This document shows, piece by piece, positions 12,926 through 25,779 of a stretch of 64,000 bases of DNA (the stretch's first letter is position 1; every line of letters starts with the position of its first letter). Made by a program: the position numbers and the translations under genes. The notes below the pieces were generated by a model. That model saw only the letters and a list, made by a program, of their open reading frames with translations. It was not told the DNA's origin and made no database searches. This DNA is from Azolla caroliniana (Eukaryota; Plantae; Polypodiophyta). The stretch covers positions 3,596,001 through 3,660,000 of the forward strand of contig JBHGNT010000017.1 in assembly GCA_043228905.1 (NCBI GenBank). The letters run 5' to 3'.

Positions 12926-15508
12926 TTGATAGAAATAAAGACGTTGAGACAAGCCTCCAACATCCAAGGTCCATGTTCTTGCATCACCTACCCAACCTTG
13001 ACCTTTGGTCGATGGATAACCATGCACCGCCCATTCTGGATGTGGTAACAGTTGCATTATTTCTTGTGGTTGTGGGTTGCTATACGGATCACACACACGA
13101 AATGGTGGCTCTGCAAACTTTGCAATCGGCGAAACACAGTAAAGGTGATAAGCCTCATATGGGAAGTGTGTTGTATCATTCCGGTGTATTCGACGCCCAG
13201 TTTTGGCATCGATATGATAGGGGGGGCAAAGGGATAGATCTGTAGCTCGACACCAATTGGGAGTTGATGGGTTAATTATCATCTCACTATAGCGCGTGAC
13301 ATCGCTTGTTGTATTGCCATCACAGTGCATCCCATCATTCTTCCAACATCCACCAATGTCTAAGAGATAGAATTGGCTAGACGGGCCACCACCTTTGAGC
13401 ACATTCAAGGTGAGGATCACCAAAAAATTTGGAGACTCGGGCACCTACATCATATACCCCATAATACAATGAGCATATTATTTGAGCTAGGATTTATGTC
13501 GTACAATGTGTGCCGATTGTACCAAGATTCATTATGTGTGACAACTGTTATTATTTTTTATTAGGAGTTTCTTTTTCGTCAACAATATGGAAAAAAATTG
13601 TGAAAGCATGTAAAGAGTCATTTACTTATTATATAAGAGAATGTTTTTATTACTATATAAGTTTCACATGTTCCCATGGAAGTTTATGATCCTTATGCTT
13701 TTCAAACAACTTGTTTTTTTTCTTAAGACAACAAAGCTAGCAAGTAATTCACAGACTCAAATACCTCGACCATCATTCCACGTGTCTCCCAAGGGTATCC
13801 TCCCGACGGCCCTTTTGTAGCATCAGCTCTCAAGTAGAGCATCAACCAAGGGTATTTCTTACTAACTCGGAGAACATGGTGGAAGATCCAGCTCCCACTA
13901 TTCGGATCTTTATGCCAGTCGATCGAGAAGTATGACTTGTCGGGTGTGATAATACGTGTACCGTTGTCATTGGACATGATATCCAAATCGTATGTGCCAT
14001 AAAAGCTACCGACAAGGGAAGGGGTGTATTCGAAAATGCAAGTGTCATTGCTAATGCTCGTGTTAGTGCTCGAGTTCACACACAGGTTGGGTGGGGGTGC
14101 TAGGGTAGACACGTTGTGGAAGATTAAGGGGTGGTTCATGCATCCGGGGCCGAAGCAAGGGAATGAAGACGAGGCTTTGATACTAATAAATGGGTGTTTA
14201 GTCGAGTCCGACATGGGCAGTGCAGTGGACGGGCAAAGTCCGGATGAAAGGTCGAAGTTGCCATTCTTTAGCATGATCATCCAGAACTGCCATGGGCCAA
14301 GAGGCGATTTGGTTTCACACAAGGACCCCAAGTATAGCTCTTTTTGGATGGCGAAATCATCTTCGTTCGTCGGCTCCCCGAACTGTGAAGGTTGTTGGCC
14401 GAACTTCAAGTCGTTCTCGACGTTTGTCACTAGTTGGTCGATTTCACACACGTTGCCTGCATGCCAATAAGGACGAGAGAGATCACACGGTTTCTTTTCA
14501 TAAACTCAAAGAAGGTTGGCCCAATGGCCCCTGGGGTCATTGGATTCGTATCGCCATTTCTCTACGTTGTCTCTACGGGTCTATAGTTTGGTATTTTTAT
14601 CCGAACTTACCCTAGTGCCCAAGGAGTTTCGAACTTGCAACCTCACACTTATCTCCAAACACTTACTTACTTTAAACACACAACCAATCTGAAACCAGAA
14701 TTGAATCAATTCAATACATTCATTTGCTTTTAGACGTTCTATGTACATTAATCCATTGGGTTGTCATTAGGGAAAATCTCTGTGATTAATTAGAAGATTA
14801 CCGAAGAATTAAACAAGACCCTCACTAATCAGAATGTGATAGGAATTATAATTTAATAGAAGAAGAAGAAGAAGAATGAACTCAGAAAACCTTCTCTAAT
14901 CTCTTGGAAACTCTGAAACGAAGTAAGAAGGCCCTAAACCCTAAACCCTAAACACCAAACCCTAAATCTCATGGACCTAAGTAATCACTCAGGATCTTTA
15001 AATTAATGGATGCAACAGTTAAGTAATGTATAATTTATATATACAACAGATGCTAAGCAAAAGTAGGATTGGCAGAAGCAAACTCAGTTTTACCTACGCA
15101 GATCAAATCGGTGCAATCAGCTCGTCGTGGGCTTGGCATGGAATCATTATGCCAATCATCAGAATAGGTATGGTTAGTTCCATGACTCAAATCGTTGGCG
15201 AATCCCACCTTGTTACAGAAGTTCCAAGACTCCAGGCCCACCCGCACCCTCTCGTCTCGCATTCCACCATCGCCTAAAACACTCACAATCTCCACGTTCT
15301 GATGAAGATCATCACCATACTTGGCCGACTCATAGTTCTCAGGATTGTTGCCTCCGTTAGTGGTACTAGATGTGGTGGTGCAATTATCTATAGCAATTAC
15401 ATCCCCCTTAATCACCATACTACTGTCATTCATCATCACCACCATCATTATCATCATCATCCTTACAAGTATCTTCATGACCGTAAGAAACCCTAGCACC
15501 ATAGCCAT
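12266..15508 (-). CDS. Conserved plant protein of unknown function, probably secreted (At1g17030/At2g47010-like, DUF7705-type), 4 exons, ~588 aa
   Basis: Exons 15508-15094, 14456-13765, 13444-12926, 12406-12266. All introns are GT-AG and phases are compatible (1767 nt). Motifs recognised from memory of the family: GDGGMRDERVRVGLESWNFCN, FWMIMLKNGNFD, YPWLMLYLRADA, GGGPSSQFYLLDIGGCWKN, SDVTRYSEMIINP, WTSIDVGTEI. Hydrophobic N-terminus. Confidence 0.9.
14932..14966. repeat. Short interstitial plant telomere-like repeat (CCCTAAA)
   Basis: CCCTAAA x3, CACCAAA, CCCTAAA in intron 1 of the unknown-function gene. Confidence 0.8.
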
Positions 15509-15776
15509 GCCCTTGCTGATTGTTGAATTTGTTGTAGCTACTGATAAAATTAAGGTACACCTAATTACACATCAAACTTCTGCCTCTCACAATGTATGAG
15601 GAGGATGGGAACCCCAAAATCAAATTCCCCATCTGTGGCAAAATCCTATATACATACATACATATATATGTAGCTTCCCTCACATAATAATTCCTTCACA
15701 CCTCTTGCTTTCAGGTGCTGCTCCTCACATTTTGAAAGGAAAGCAAATGTGGTGATACATCAAACATGGGGCACCT

Positions 15777-15780
<4 letters not shown>

Positions 15781-15816
<36 letters not shown>
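15781..15816. repeat. (GA)n microsatellite upstream of the unknown-function gene
   Basis: Pure AG run. Further (GA)n/(CA)n runs occur at ~12602-12648, 12879-12922, 15889-15909, 16754-16798 and 29249-29275. Confidence 0.9.
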
Positions 15817-15819
<3 letters not shown>

Positions 15820-16750
15820 CCACCAAAATAAGAGGAAAATCTCCCTATACAGGGCTCTATCTAGCACTATAGCTAAAACTAGGGGGAATGTGTGTGTGTG
15901 TGTGTGTGTACTATGTATACCTAGATTTTTGGAGATGAAAACTAGGGTTTTATAAAGGAAGAGATGAATGATGGAGTAAAAAGGTGTGCAAGCTAAAATG
16001 TGTTGGCATTTGAGTGGGTGGGCGTCCATGTGACACATGAAAACCGAAACTTTTGACCCAAACTTTGGCTCCAATGGCCTTCCTCCGGACAACCCACACA
16101 CCAAGGAAAAGCCTTTGTATCACGAGGTCTATTGTACGATACGATACTTGGAGCACGCGGCTTCTTGGCCCATGCGGAAAAGAACTCTATTGACTCTCCT
16201 GGACGGGGTCTCTTCGTGAAGGAAATGCCATAAATGAATGCCTGGAATTCAAGATGCAGTGTGGACATTGCCGGCACGAGGCCGTGTTGTCGAAATGTTT
16301 TGATGGAACGTGAGGAAAAATTAGTTCCCTTGCCACACACATCTGCTTGGATGAATCATTTTCCCAAATGTGAGTGAGAAAAATGTCCTTCATATCTTAA
16401 ACACGGGTGGAGTTGGGTTGCCTCTTTCATACATAATGAATCCTGGGGGGATTCAATACATGTTTTCCGTATGGCATCGTTTGAATGTGTATAATAGGGA
16501 TGTTGTTTGAGAGGGATCATATGCTAGACAATGTGTGTATACCAATGGGAAGGAGTGCCTATTACTTTCCAAAAGGAATTGAATGAAGGGGTTATGTGTC
16601 ATGCAAGGAACTCCGAGGACATATCCGTTATATGTGTAGGAAGCGAGATTTGTATTTGCTATGCGTACTTTGTGTGTACATTTATATACAATGTACGTAA
16701 GACTACTCGAGGTGCGACTTTTGGCTCCTTTGTGGGTTGAAACAATAAGA

Positions 16751-16784
<34 letters not shown>

Positions 16785-19639
16785 TCTCTCTCTCTCTCAT
16801 AATAACTTATAATTTTAATTAAATAAACAAGAGAGTTTTTAATTAAGCCTAGAGATTCAAATGCTCGAATGTTTTCAAAGCATATGCTAGAAACATAAAC
16901 ATTATTTCTCCAAAAAATGTCACTCAAAAAGATCATGTAGTTTTTACTTCTCTAATCTAAGCATGCCAAGTTACTGCAATATTGGCATTGCTTAGTGTGG
17001 TGGTGGTTTGTTGCCCTAGCGACCACAATTTTCGTGCGGTACTAGAATGTGCATGTTGATATAGTCGTACCAAACTTGAAATTGGTATGCCTTGAAGTTG
17101 GAAATTATAACATTTTCAGTACGTATCCTCTGTTTGTTTCTTCAAGGTAACTCATAGAGACTTAATTTCTACAATATGAAACTACCGATTCAACATTCAT
17201 GACCATGTCACAAGTATTTAGTCCGACTCAACTAACCATACATATAGGAAGAGTGCTTTTTACATGAAGGGTCTAGCCTCCAATGTACCATAGACCCTCA
17301 TAACATGAGCTTTTACATGAGAAAACATTAGACTTTATCTAAGGTATGATAGAGAGTATCGATCATCCCCTTCATCATTGCACCTAGCTAAGATATGTAG
17401 CCTTGCATGCATAAGCTCAAAACGTTGAATGTTATAGGGAAATATGCGGGAAAATGGACTTTTTAAATGAATGAAACTTTTGAGATGCTTGAGAAAGGTT
17501 GGATTATAAGAAGATTCTCACCCACAATAAGTTTTTTTTCACCAAGATAAAAATTAATCTGCCATTTACGATATCTACACCAAATCCAAATTACCTGGCT
17601 TTCTATATTGGACGAACATGTGAACTTGTACCTTTTTAGGCCAAATTTTGGTAAAGCTTTGCAAAAAAACATTTCTTTTAAAGTAAAGCTAGTGATATTA
17701 TCTCTAGTGTCTGACATAAAAAACCGGGGAGGCAAGTAAGACAAGCTATTGATCACAAGTATTGTCTAGAAAATGGTAATAAAAAAAAGCTCACAAGAAA
17801 GGTAAGGTGCGTTCCATTGTTCAACGTTGTTCTTAGACTTTGGCCAAAAGCTTGTAATGTACCATCAATAAATAAAAACAACATGGCCGAGTAGATATGC
17901 AAAAATGAGATCTCAATGAAGCAAGAAAGATATGCATTGCTATAAAGATTCAGTACTATAAAGGTTTATCACAATCTTTTTTTTGTAAATGGCATTAATA
18001 GATCCGGAGAGGGTGCGTTCAAAACTCGACAAGGATTACCTAAAGCAATAGACATTAACGAAGATATTCCATAACATGCAATAAACGGCATATCTGAGGC
18101 TCAATATAACTCTTTGTTGTGATTTTGTCATGTTCCGGGCCATGAACGTGGAGATTAGAGACTCTTAAAGATTTTGAGTTTCTTGAAAGTAAGTTACAAT
18201 GTACACTATACTATATATCTAGTTTTCCAAAACATGTCACATATGGTATGCTCTTTTGACTATGTTGAAAATCCGTTTTGTCTTTATTAACGAAATAATA
18301 GTGAATATTGTTCTTTTTTGTCGCTAGTCTTTTCTTGAACTCTTTTCAATGTATTATACCCCGCTTTAAGCTAAAACATTCCTACATAATAGTAAAGTTA
18401 TGCTTTAGAACCTTTTTAAGATCTTCTGAATTCACACAAAAGGTACTTATGAACTATTATGAACAGAAGCAAGCTTATTTCCGGAAATCTTCACTTGTAC
18501 ATCAAGATACATAGCACAACTCCCTATTTTTAGACAAAGAAATTTAAGGGTGGCATTCTAAATGGTGAGACATGGCAACCCCTTGCCTTCTCTCACTATA
18601 ATTAAATTTGAGCAGAAGAGTTAAAAAAGTGTACCATTTAAAGACATTAACATTGCATGTAAGCGTAGAAACAAAATATTTAGAAGGATTAAATACATAT
18701 GCATATCATAATTACTACTTGATGTTATACATTATGTCAGACCTTAACATGCTTACATAAAGATGACGCTATCATTGAAGTGCCACTCTTCTAGTACAAA
18801 GGTAGTTAACACTTCTTGAGTTCAGCTATACTTGTCACTATTGAAGAATAAGAATTTACGCTGAAAGCATAAATTATAATGAATGGGACCAAAGTATGTT
18901 TTCGTATGGCGAGTCCTCATAACAACCCTCCACACTTAACATAAACTTCTCCTTTTTGTTTTCTATGCCTCTAAAGAAAGAGAGTGTCTTACATTGTTAT
19001 TTTTATTTAATTTTAGAGGATGCTGATAAATTAACCATACATATCTTAGAAACTTCATTTCTATGTTCCTTTCCAACATTGAGATTCGTTATACAGATTA
19101 GTTTGGATTTGCAATTGTAAATAAAGTAGTTCAGATTAGTAACAAAATGAAGTAGACAATATAATTTGCATGTGGCATAGTTGTTAAAAAACATGTAAGC
19201 TACAAATTAGATAAGTCTTACGGTACTCCAACATAGAACCGCCATTTTTACTTGTCAAAATAAAAAGGTTTAGTTTGAAGAGGGAAAAAAGATAATTTGG
19301 AGCCTTTTCAGAAACACAACTTTGGGAATGCTTCTCCTTTTGCTTATGGATCTTCCTCTTTTAATTCAATTTGTTATAGCTTGCATTGGGCTTAGTCTTC
19401 ATATCAAAGTTTTCATGTTGTCAATAAGATCTAATAAAAGTTTTTGATAATTTTATTCGTGAGTGATTCAATTGAGTTTGCATATTCTCACTAAGATTTA
19501 ATGAAATTGTGTGAACAAATGTCAAGATCCAACTTGTTGCTATTGCAATTAGAAGTATCTAGCACTTAATGAAATATAAAATACTTGATAAATACTTAAT
19601 ATACATATTATACGCATATAGTAAGACAAAACTCTACCA

Positions 19640-20330
19640 AGGAAGAGTTTCTAGTTGCCCCAATAAACAAAACCAACACACCAAAACTTCCTTTAACTTT
19701 TATACATAGACTTTAACTCCATGCCTACAATCTAATACAAAAGCATTGCACATATCCCAATTATGACGCAATACCCAACACCTCAGCAAAAGGAAAACAT
19801 TCTCCATCTCTAGTCTCAGGTCAAGTTGTGTAAATTGTACAAGCGTCCTTTGTCTTAGCATCAAATAACAATATGATATCTTGTTGAATGCGAGAAATGT
19901 AACCTTGATTTTAATAAGCAATCAAATATGATATGAAACATGACCACAAACTTCCACTTGGATAGTACAAAGAACCAATTGCCTATTGCTAGCCAACATC
20001 TCTTTAGTGCCAATCAATACTTTCCAAATGAAGGCATTTGTTATAAGTGACACTTTTGAATGCTAATTACATTTGAAGATCTACCACCATTCGCAATCAA
20101 TATTACATATCTTCAAGTTGTTTAACTTTAGACGATAGCCATCAAAGAGACTCAATGAACTTAGTCTCACCCTAAATCACATTTTCATGAAGGGATTAAT
20201 ACGATTTATACCTTGGAGTGTTGCACTTCCAAGAGTCATGACTGTCAAGTCTCCAGGGAACGCCTTCCTCTCGTTGGGCTAACTGAGGGATTGGGGGATA
20301 CCACTCCCTAATATCAAAGACCATGTCATG
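19640..20330 (-). mobile_element. Very degraded Ty1/copia gag-pol remnant
   Basis: Broken translations resemble copia protease/GAG-pre-integrase (GRLYNL; a W..H.LG-like segment; C..C..G-like region before LPW). No ORF and no paired LTRs. Confidence 0.3.
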
Positions 20331-21047
20331 CATCAACAATCTAAAACCACTTACCTCTCCGGTCCATGCAATCATGTAATTCTCAAAGTTTTCTTAAGTT
20401 ACCATAAATTAAGACACACTTAATCACTACACTAATCACTATATAAGAACATAAGTGGTGTTTCAATTAAATAGATCATTGCTAAATAAGAAACACATAT
20501 ATATATCCATTAATTAGGAGAAAAAAACTAATTGGAGGAAAGTGGCTCTTATTGGATTTAAAAGGGACAAAACGAAGAGCAAAAGGTGGCCCCAAAGTTA
20601 GTGTACCCAATTGCCTCTTGTACATAAGAGCTCTTGCTCTTTTATACAAGTTGGAAAACCCTAAAGAGTCTCCTTCACATTATGAGCAAATTAGCCATTA
20701 ATCATTCATACCTAATAAAGGGTAGTGCTCCACAAATTATAATAAGCCTAGTTTTTTACATTAATTTGGCTTTCAACAAATACTTTAAGTTAGAAAACTA
20801 AGCCTTATAAGGTGGTTAAAACTAAAGAGAATAACATTATTTTACTTAACAAACTCCTTAAATGCAAATTAACCCATTGTTGCTCTTCGATTTGTATAGG
20901 TAAAGGACATTGCATCAATAATATACTCAATAGTTGTTGCCAGGTAAACCCATAATTGCACACGATGTGTAATAATCAATGTGTTTCAACAAAATCCTAA
21001 AAAACTCCGAGCTCGAGCATCGACTATATTTGCTACCTCTTTGAGCC

Positions 21048-21421
21048 CATTGTTGTAGAATACTTAGCACATAATACGCGTAGAATACGTATGCTAAGTA
21101 TTCTAACGGTTTTTTAAAATACTTCGAATATGTATTTTACTGATAAAATACGTTAATACTTAGAATACATATAGAATAATTTAAATATGTGTAAAATACG
21201 TTAAATACTTATTAAAATTTAAAGTTTTGTTTTTCAAATTAAATAATGTTCAAAAATTTTAAATTTTTACAACTTTTTTGAAATGATAAATACTTGTTAA
21301 ATACGTAGAATACATGAATAATTGAAGGATGGCAATTCTAAAACGTAGAATACTGGTAGAATACTTCAAAGTATTCTAAAACGTAGTCTAAAGATAGAAT
21401 ACACGTTTTTCAACAACTATG
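21048..21421. mobile_element. hAT MITE (374 bp) with 8-bp TSD
   Basis: TIRs CATTGTTGTAGAATA / CATAGTTGTTGAAAA (reverse complement). Flanks are TTTGAGCC (21040-21047) and TTTGACCC (21422-21429). Many internal (A)GAATAC motifs. Confidence 0.8.
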
Positions 21422-24299
21422 TTTGACCCCCATCAAAACAAGTGATTAAACTAAGAGCGCAATATTTCCTTTCAATAGCAACATAATAATCTCTCCTTCC
21501 CATGCTAATAAATCATTATACAATCAAATAGGCATGTCAGTACTAAATCGGCCAACCATGTCTATGTACCAACACGCCCAAGACTTGATTGTGTGTTCAT
21601 AGAGTTTGTGATTGATGTGTTGAACCCCCAAGGTTATAATAAATGCGGAGAGTTCTTAAAAGAAAGGGGGAGAGATGAGCATAGACGAGAGGTTGAGATA
21701 GTGTAGGATTAAAGAAGCAAATTAGAGCTAAAAAAATATGCTCTATTAAATTGGAAATAGAGTATTTTATTTACCAAAGTTATAGTATTCCATTATAAGA
21801 TGACACCTTATCTCTGCTAAACTCCAACTCAAACTATAACTTTGGTAAGGTGTCACTTCAATAAGGTGCCAAACTTCGACTCAAACTCTATCGTTCACTT
21901 CAATATTGAGAGATAAAAACCTTTCCTGATGAGCTAGCTTGATCTATTGATTAGATATATTTCCCTTGATCCACAAATGCTTCAATTCCTTCTCATTAAA
22001 TAGCTGTTCGAATAAGATACCTTGATTTCAAAAAGAAGCAAAGAAAAGGTTATGGTTGAGAATACGACCCAAATTTCCCCGAGTAGAAGAAAAGGATTGG
22101 TGCAAACCTATTGTTGGCCATACCATTAGAAGTAGGAGCACAAGTAGTCACCTGAGTACAAAGAATGGCACACAAATTAGATCAACATGAAAAAGGAAAA
22201 AATATAAAAATGGAAACCAAGGCAACCCAATAACGCATCATGTCACACGATCTTGATAGCCAATTAAATCTAAAGTAAGAGCATGCAATGAAAAAAGAGG
22301 AAAGATTGTCTACGCATTTGGTGACCTACCTAAATTTGATGAAATGAAATAAGACAGGATGATAGTATGTGAACCTCCTTCAACAATAACAACATAAAGC
22401 TAGTGAAGTTAGTGTCGGGCGTGACCAAATTGAAGAATGGGCTTTCCAACAAATAGAGGCTAGTTCACCACACAAAACAAAGGCTAGGGACAAGGAGTTG
22501 ACAAATGGTAATGGGCAACCATCCCAATGCACGATTATACAAAAGAGTGAACATTTGGAAGGAGAAGTCAATGTTGCATTATTGCAAAGTCCAACTACCC
22601 ATACGAGAAGTTTGTCAAATGGTTGGGCACTCAGACTTACAAAATAAACACCTTGATAAAATTCTAGTCACACATGTTGAACTCGTCGTGAAGGAGATAT
22701 TACGGTTGAACCCAAAGTCTTGGTATGACATACTTAGGAGGGTCACAAACTAAGTGCTACTGATGACACTACAAAACAATGTGGTCATCAACGAAACCCC
22801 CAAAACAATAAATTTAGTCGATGCTTTAGGATTCCAATTGATAGTGACGAACAAGAAGAAAACTGAAACAATTAATCCAAGTGTGTGTATTCAAATGCAT
22901 CAATGTCCATACAAGAAAAAACAAATATCAAGGATGTGTGTAATGAAAGACTTCTTCCCTATTTTTGGTCCTCCCTGCTCTCCCTATTACCCCAACTTCT
23001 TTTTATCTGTTTGTCTTCTTCTTCTATCATGTACCCCGTTTCTTCTTTTCTCTCCTTCCCTATCCATACTCCACACCCTATCCACACTCCACAACACTTT
23101 ACACTCTTTTTGCTTCCTCACTTTTTATCACCTCCCACAATGTTGACATTAAATTGCTATGAGTTGGCTCTTGTCCCACCTCTATAGCACTACTCCACTA
23201 ATGTGAAGATTGGAAATACACGAGGGATCCAATCATGTGAGTACTTAGAAATACACCAGACCCCTTTGCTAGATAGCAACATTGGGTTGGCAAACTTGTT
23301 GAGTAACAATGAAGTCAATCTACATGCCCAATGTGTTAATGCTTGAAGCCACTCGTGATGTCCAATAACCATAATTCCCACCTAAAGAACTCATACCCCT
23401 CCTTGTGACCTTTCAATCTTCAAAATTGCGAAATCATGAAGACACACCATGCATCGAGCCTACATGGTTGATTATACACTACATGAAGAACTTTGGATGT
23501 CAAAGTAACATAATGCTTACTGATACACCAACTTGGATACCCAAGCCATAAAACAAAGTTGACTCTAGAACTTTAAACTGAATGACCACCCCAATATGAT
23601 AAACCCTAAAACCTTTTTGTAAGCAAGCTACAAAAGTTGCTCTTGTGCTTTTTCCTTGAATATTGAGTTTTATCTTTGTTAGATAAGTGACACATGGCAC
23701 ACTAGTCATGAAGATATGCGCATCAACAAGAAACACCAAGCAACTAACTTACGAAAAGGGGGACAGAACAAACCAAGCCAATGGTCAAGCTAGTGTAAAA
23801 GTTATAAAAGCCACTCTATAGTGTCTTTTAAGCTTCTTCTGAAAATCTTAAGAGTTTCTCTTAATGATTAAAGCTTTAAGCCTCCTCTTTATCTCCATAA
23901 TTGTAATGACGAGCTAAGAGAGATTAGTGGTAGTGGTTGGTAAACCAAGCTCCAATCTCTCTCTCTTGTTGGTGCTCAACCTCTTTGTACTAAGAGTGGT
24001 GATAATAATACATTGTCTCATTTAACTTCTTTGTTCAAGTGTATAAGAGAGTAAATCAAGAGAATGTAAGAGAGAGATTAATCTTAATCGTATAGAACTA
24101 AGTAAGCTAGTAGCTTGGAGGTACTTGACAATTATCTCCACCCAATTTGGCACCAAAAGGGTATACGCCGATTCAGATCCCAGGCCAACACATCGACAAG
24201 GGGTAAAAATCTATTAATCCATAGGAGTGCTTCCGTGTGACGCACGGAAACAACACAATCTCCCCTTTAACTTAAGGTAGAACTCTCTCCCTCCTTTTA

Positions 24300-24730
24300 T
24301 TAGAATTAGAATTAGAATTTATCATCCATAAAGAGGTCAATTTTGACCTATGGGACAAAAGTATACATGTATGTGTTCTTGATATGTGTCTCCTTCCTAA
24401 GGAGGGGTATTCATACATTGAAGCACAAAGTCTCTATGCGTGAATAAAGCATACATATATGAGCTCAACCTTCTAGGTGGCGTCTTAAGTATGGCACTTA
24501 AGTTATCACTCCCTCGTAGTATGTCAACATATCTTGAACGAATTGCACTATACGTCGAGCATGTGAAGAGCAAGTGACATTCATCCTCTACCATGCCTTC
24601 AAATTCCTCACATTTTGATACCATGATGCAACTTCAATACCTAACTTGTGTGATCGAGTGTGTAGTGTAAGGGCTCTACGAGCATTACTAATATTGGTAA
24701 TGAGATAAGGTTGGATACAATCAATAGGCA
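24300..24730 (-). mobile_element. 3' fragment of a non-L1 LINE (RTEX/L2/CR1-like C-terminus) with short tandem-repeat tail
   Basis: IQPYL...RRALTLHTRSHKLGIEVASW, then (frameshift) C...VEDECHLLFTCSTY. Ends in a small stem-loop and an (ATTCTA)3 tail. Confidence 0.7.
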
Positions 24731-25779
24731 TTCTTGCTTTATATTGCTTTATAGGCATTCATATACCAGTAGTGAGTTGAATTATTAAAGTTAGATGATA
24801 GTTAAACCCTAATCAATTCTCTTTTTGTATGTGTTTTGTTGCCTTCTCTACTTAGTCGAGGTGTGGTTAGCATTATTTAAGCCCTCGTAAACCATTCCCC
24901 CTAAGAGAGTTGAATTATTAAAATTAAGTGTTTCTTAGTCAAACCCTAATTACTCCATTTTTAAGACTTTTGTTGACTTCTCTACTTAATAAACGTGTCA
25001 TTAGTATTATTAATAAACATGTAGTGGAAACCTATATGTTGACCATATAGACAGAGGCCTCATCATTTGTGACGAAGCTTTTGTGTCTCCCCATACCCCA
25101 AAAGTCATCTTGGAGCAAGCTAAGCAAAAATTCATGCAAGATTTCAAATATTTTATGACGGCAACACATCATCACCCATTGAGTGTGCAAAGTTTATATT
25201 TGTTCTAGTGGGAAACAACCTATTAGCACTATTTATGCTATACCTTCACAACACTATTGGCCTCTTCAAAAGATAACCTTTCCACAAGATAATGTGATGG
25301 AACTAGTGACATATTTAACTTGAGTTCAAGATCTCCTCAACTTCGCACTCTTCCTCGTGCTTGAGTTATATGGTAGGAAGCTCTTCATGAGATTATTGAT
25401 TTGGAATTGGTGCTTCATAGTATGGCTCCAAGAAATACATCATGGATTTGAATTTTAGAGTGCCAATTTATAAATTGATCCTGAATCAAAAGTAACCCAT
25501 CATCGACAAATGCAAAAAACTAATTTAGTTTGAATTAAACATCCTCTAATCAATGCTTTAGGTGACTTCAACATACTATAATCAATGATTTAGTTCGAAA
25601 TAAGCATACTCTATGCTTTAGTTTAAATGCTTTACTATACCTGGTTTTGTACAACAAAATAGGCCAAGCTCATTTAGAAGGCAAAACTGGAAACTATTGA
25701 TGCTCAATGCTCATACTAAGAAACTATCCCTGATTCCACAGCATAATCTGTTAGCATTAGAAGCTGAATTAGAGAAAAC

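Noticed and set aside
14024-14615. Plus-strand ORFs of 148 and 107 aa
   Set aside because: Antisense shadows of exon 2 of the unknown-function gene.
22380-23381. Cluster of 60-130 aa ORFs
   Set aside because: Low complexity, non-ATG starts, and no motifs or coherent exon chain.
23700-24165. LTR-like stretch ending in a PBS-like TGGCACCAAAAGGG
   Set aside because: No second LTR, TSD or coding domain could be found, so it is too weak to call.
24231-24249. Hairpin TTCCGTG-tgacg-CACGGAA resembling a Helitron 3' end (also GGCATCG-gctaa-CGATGCC at ~27358)
   Set aside because: No CTRR terminus at the expected distance and no 5' end or Rep/helicase remnant.
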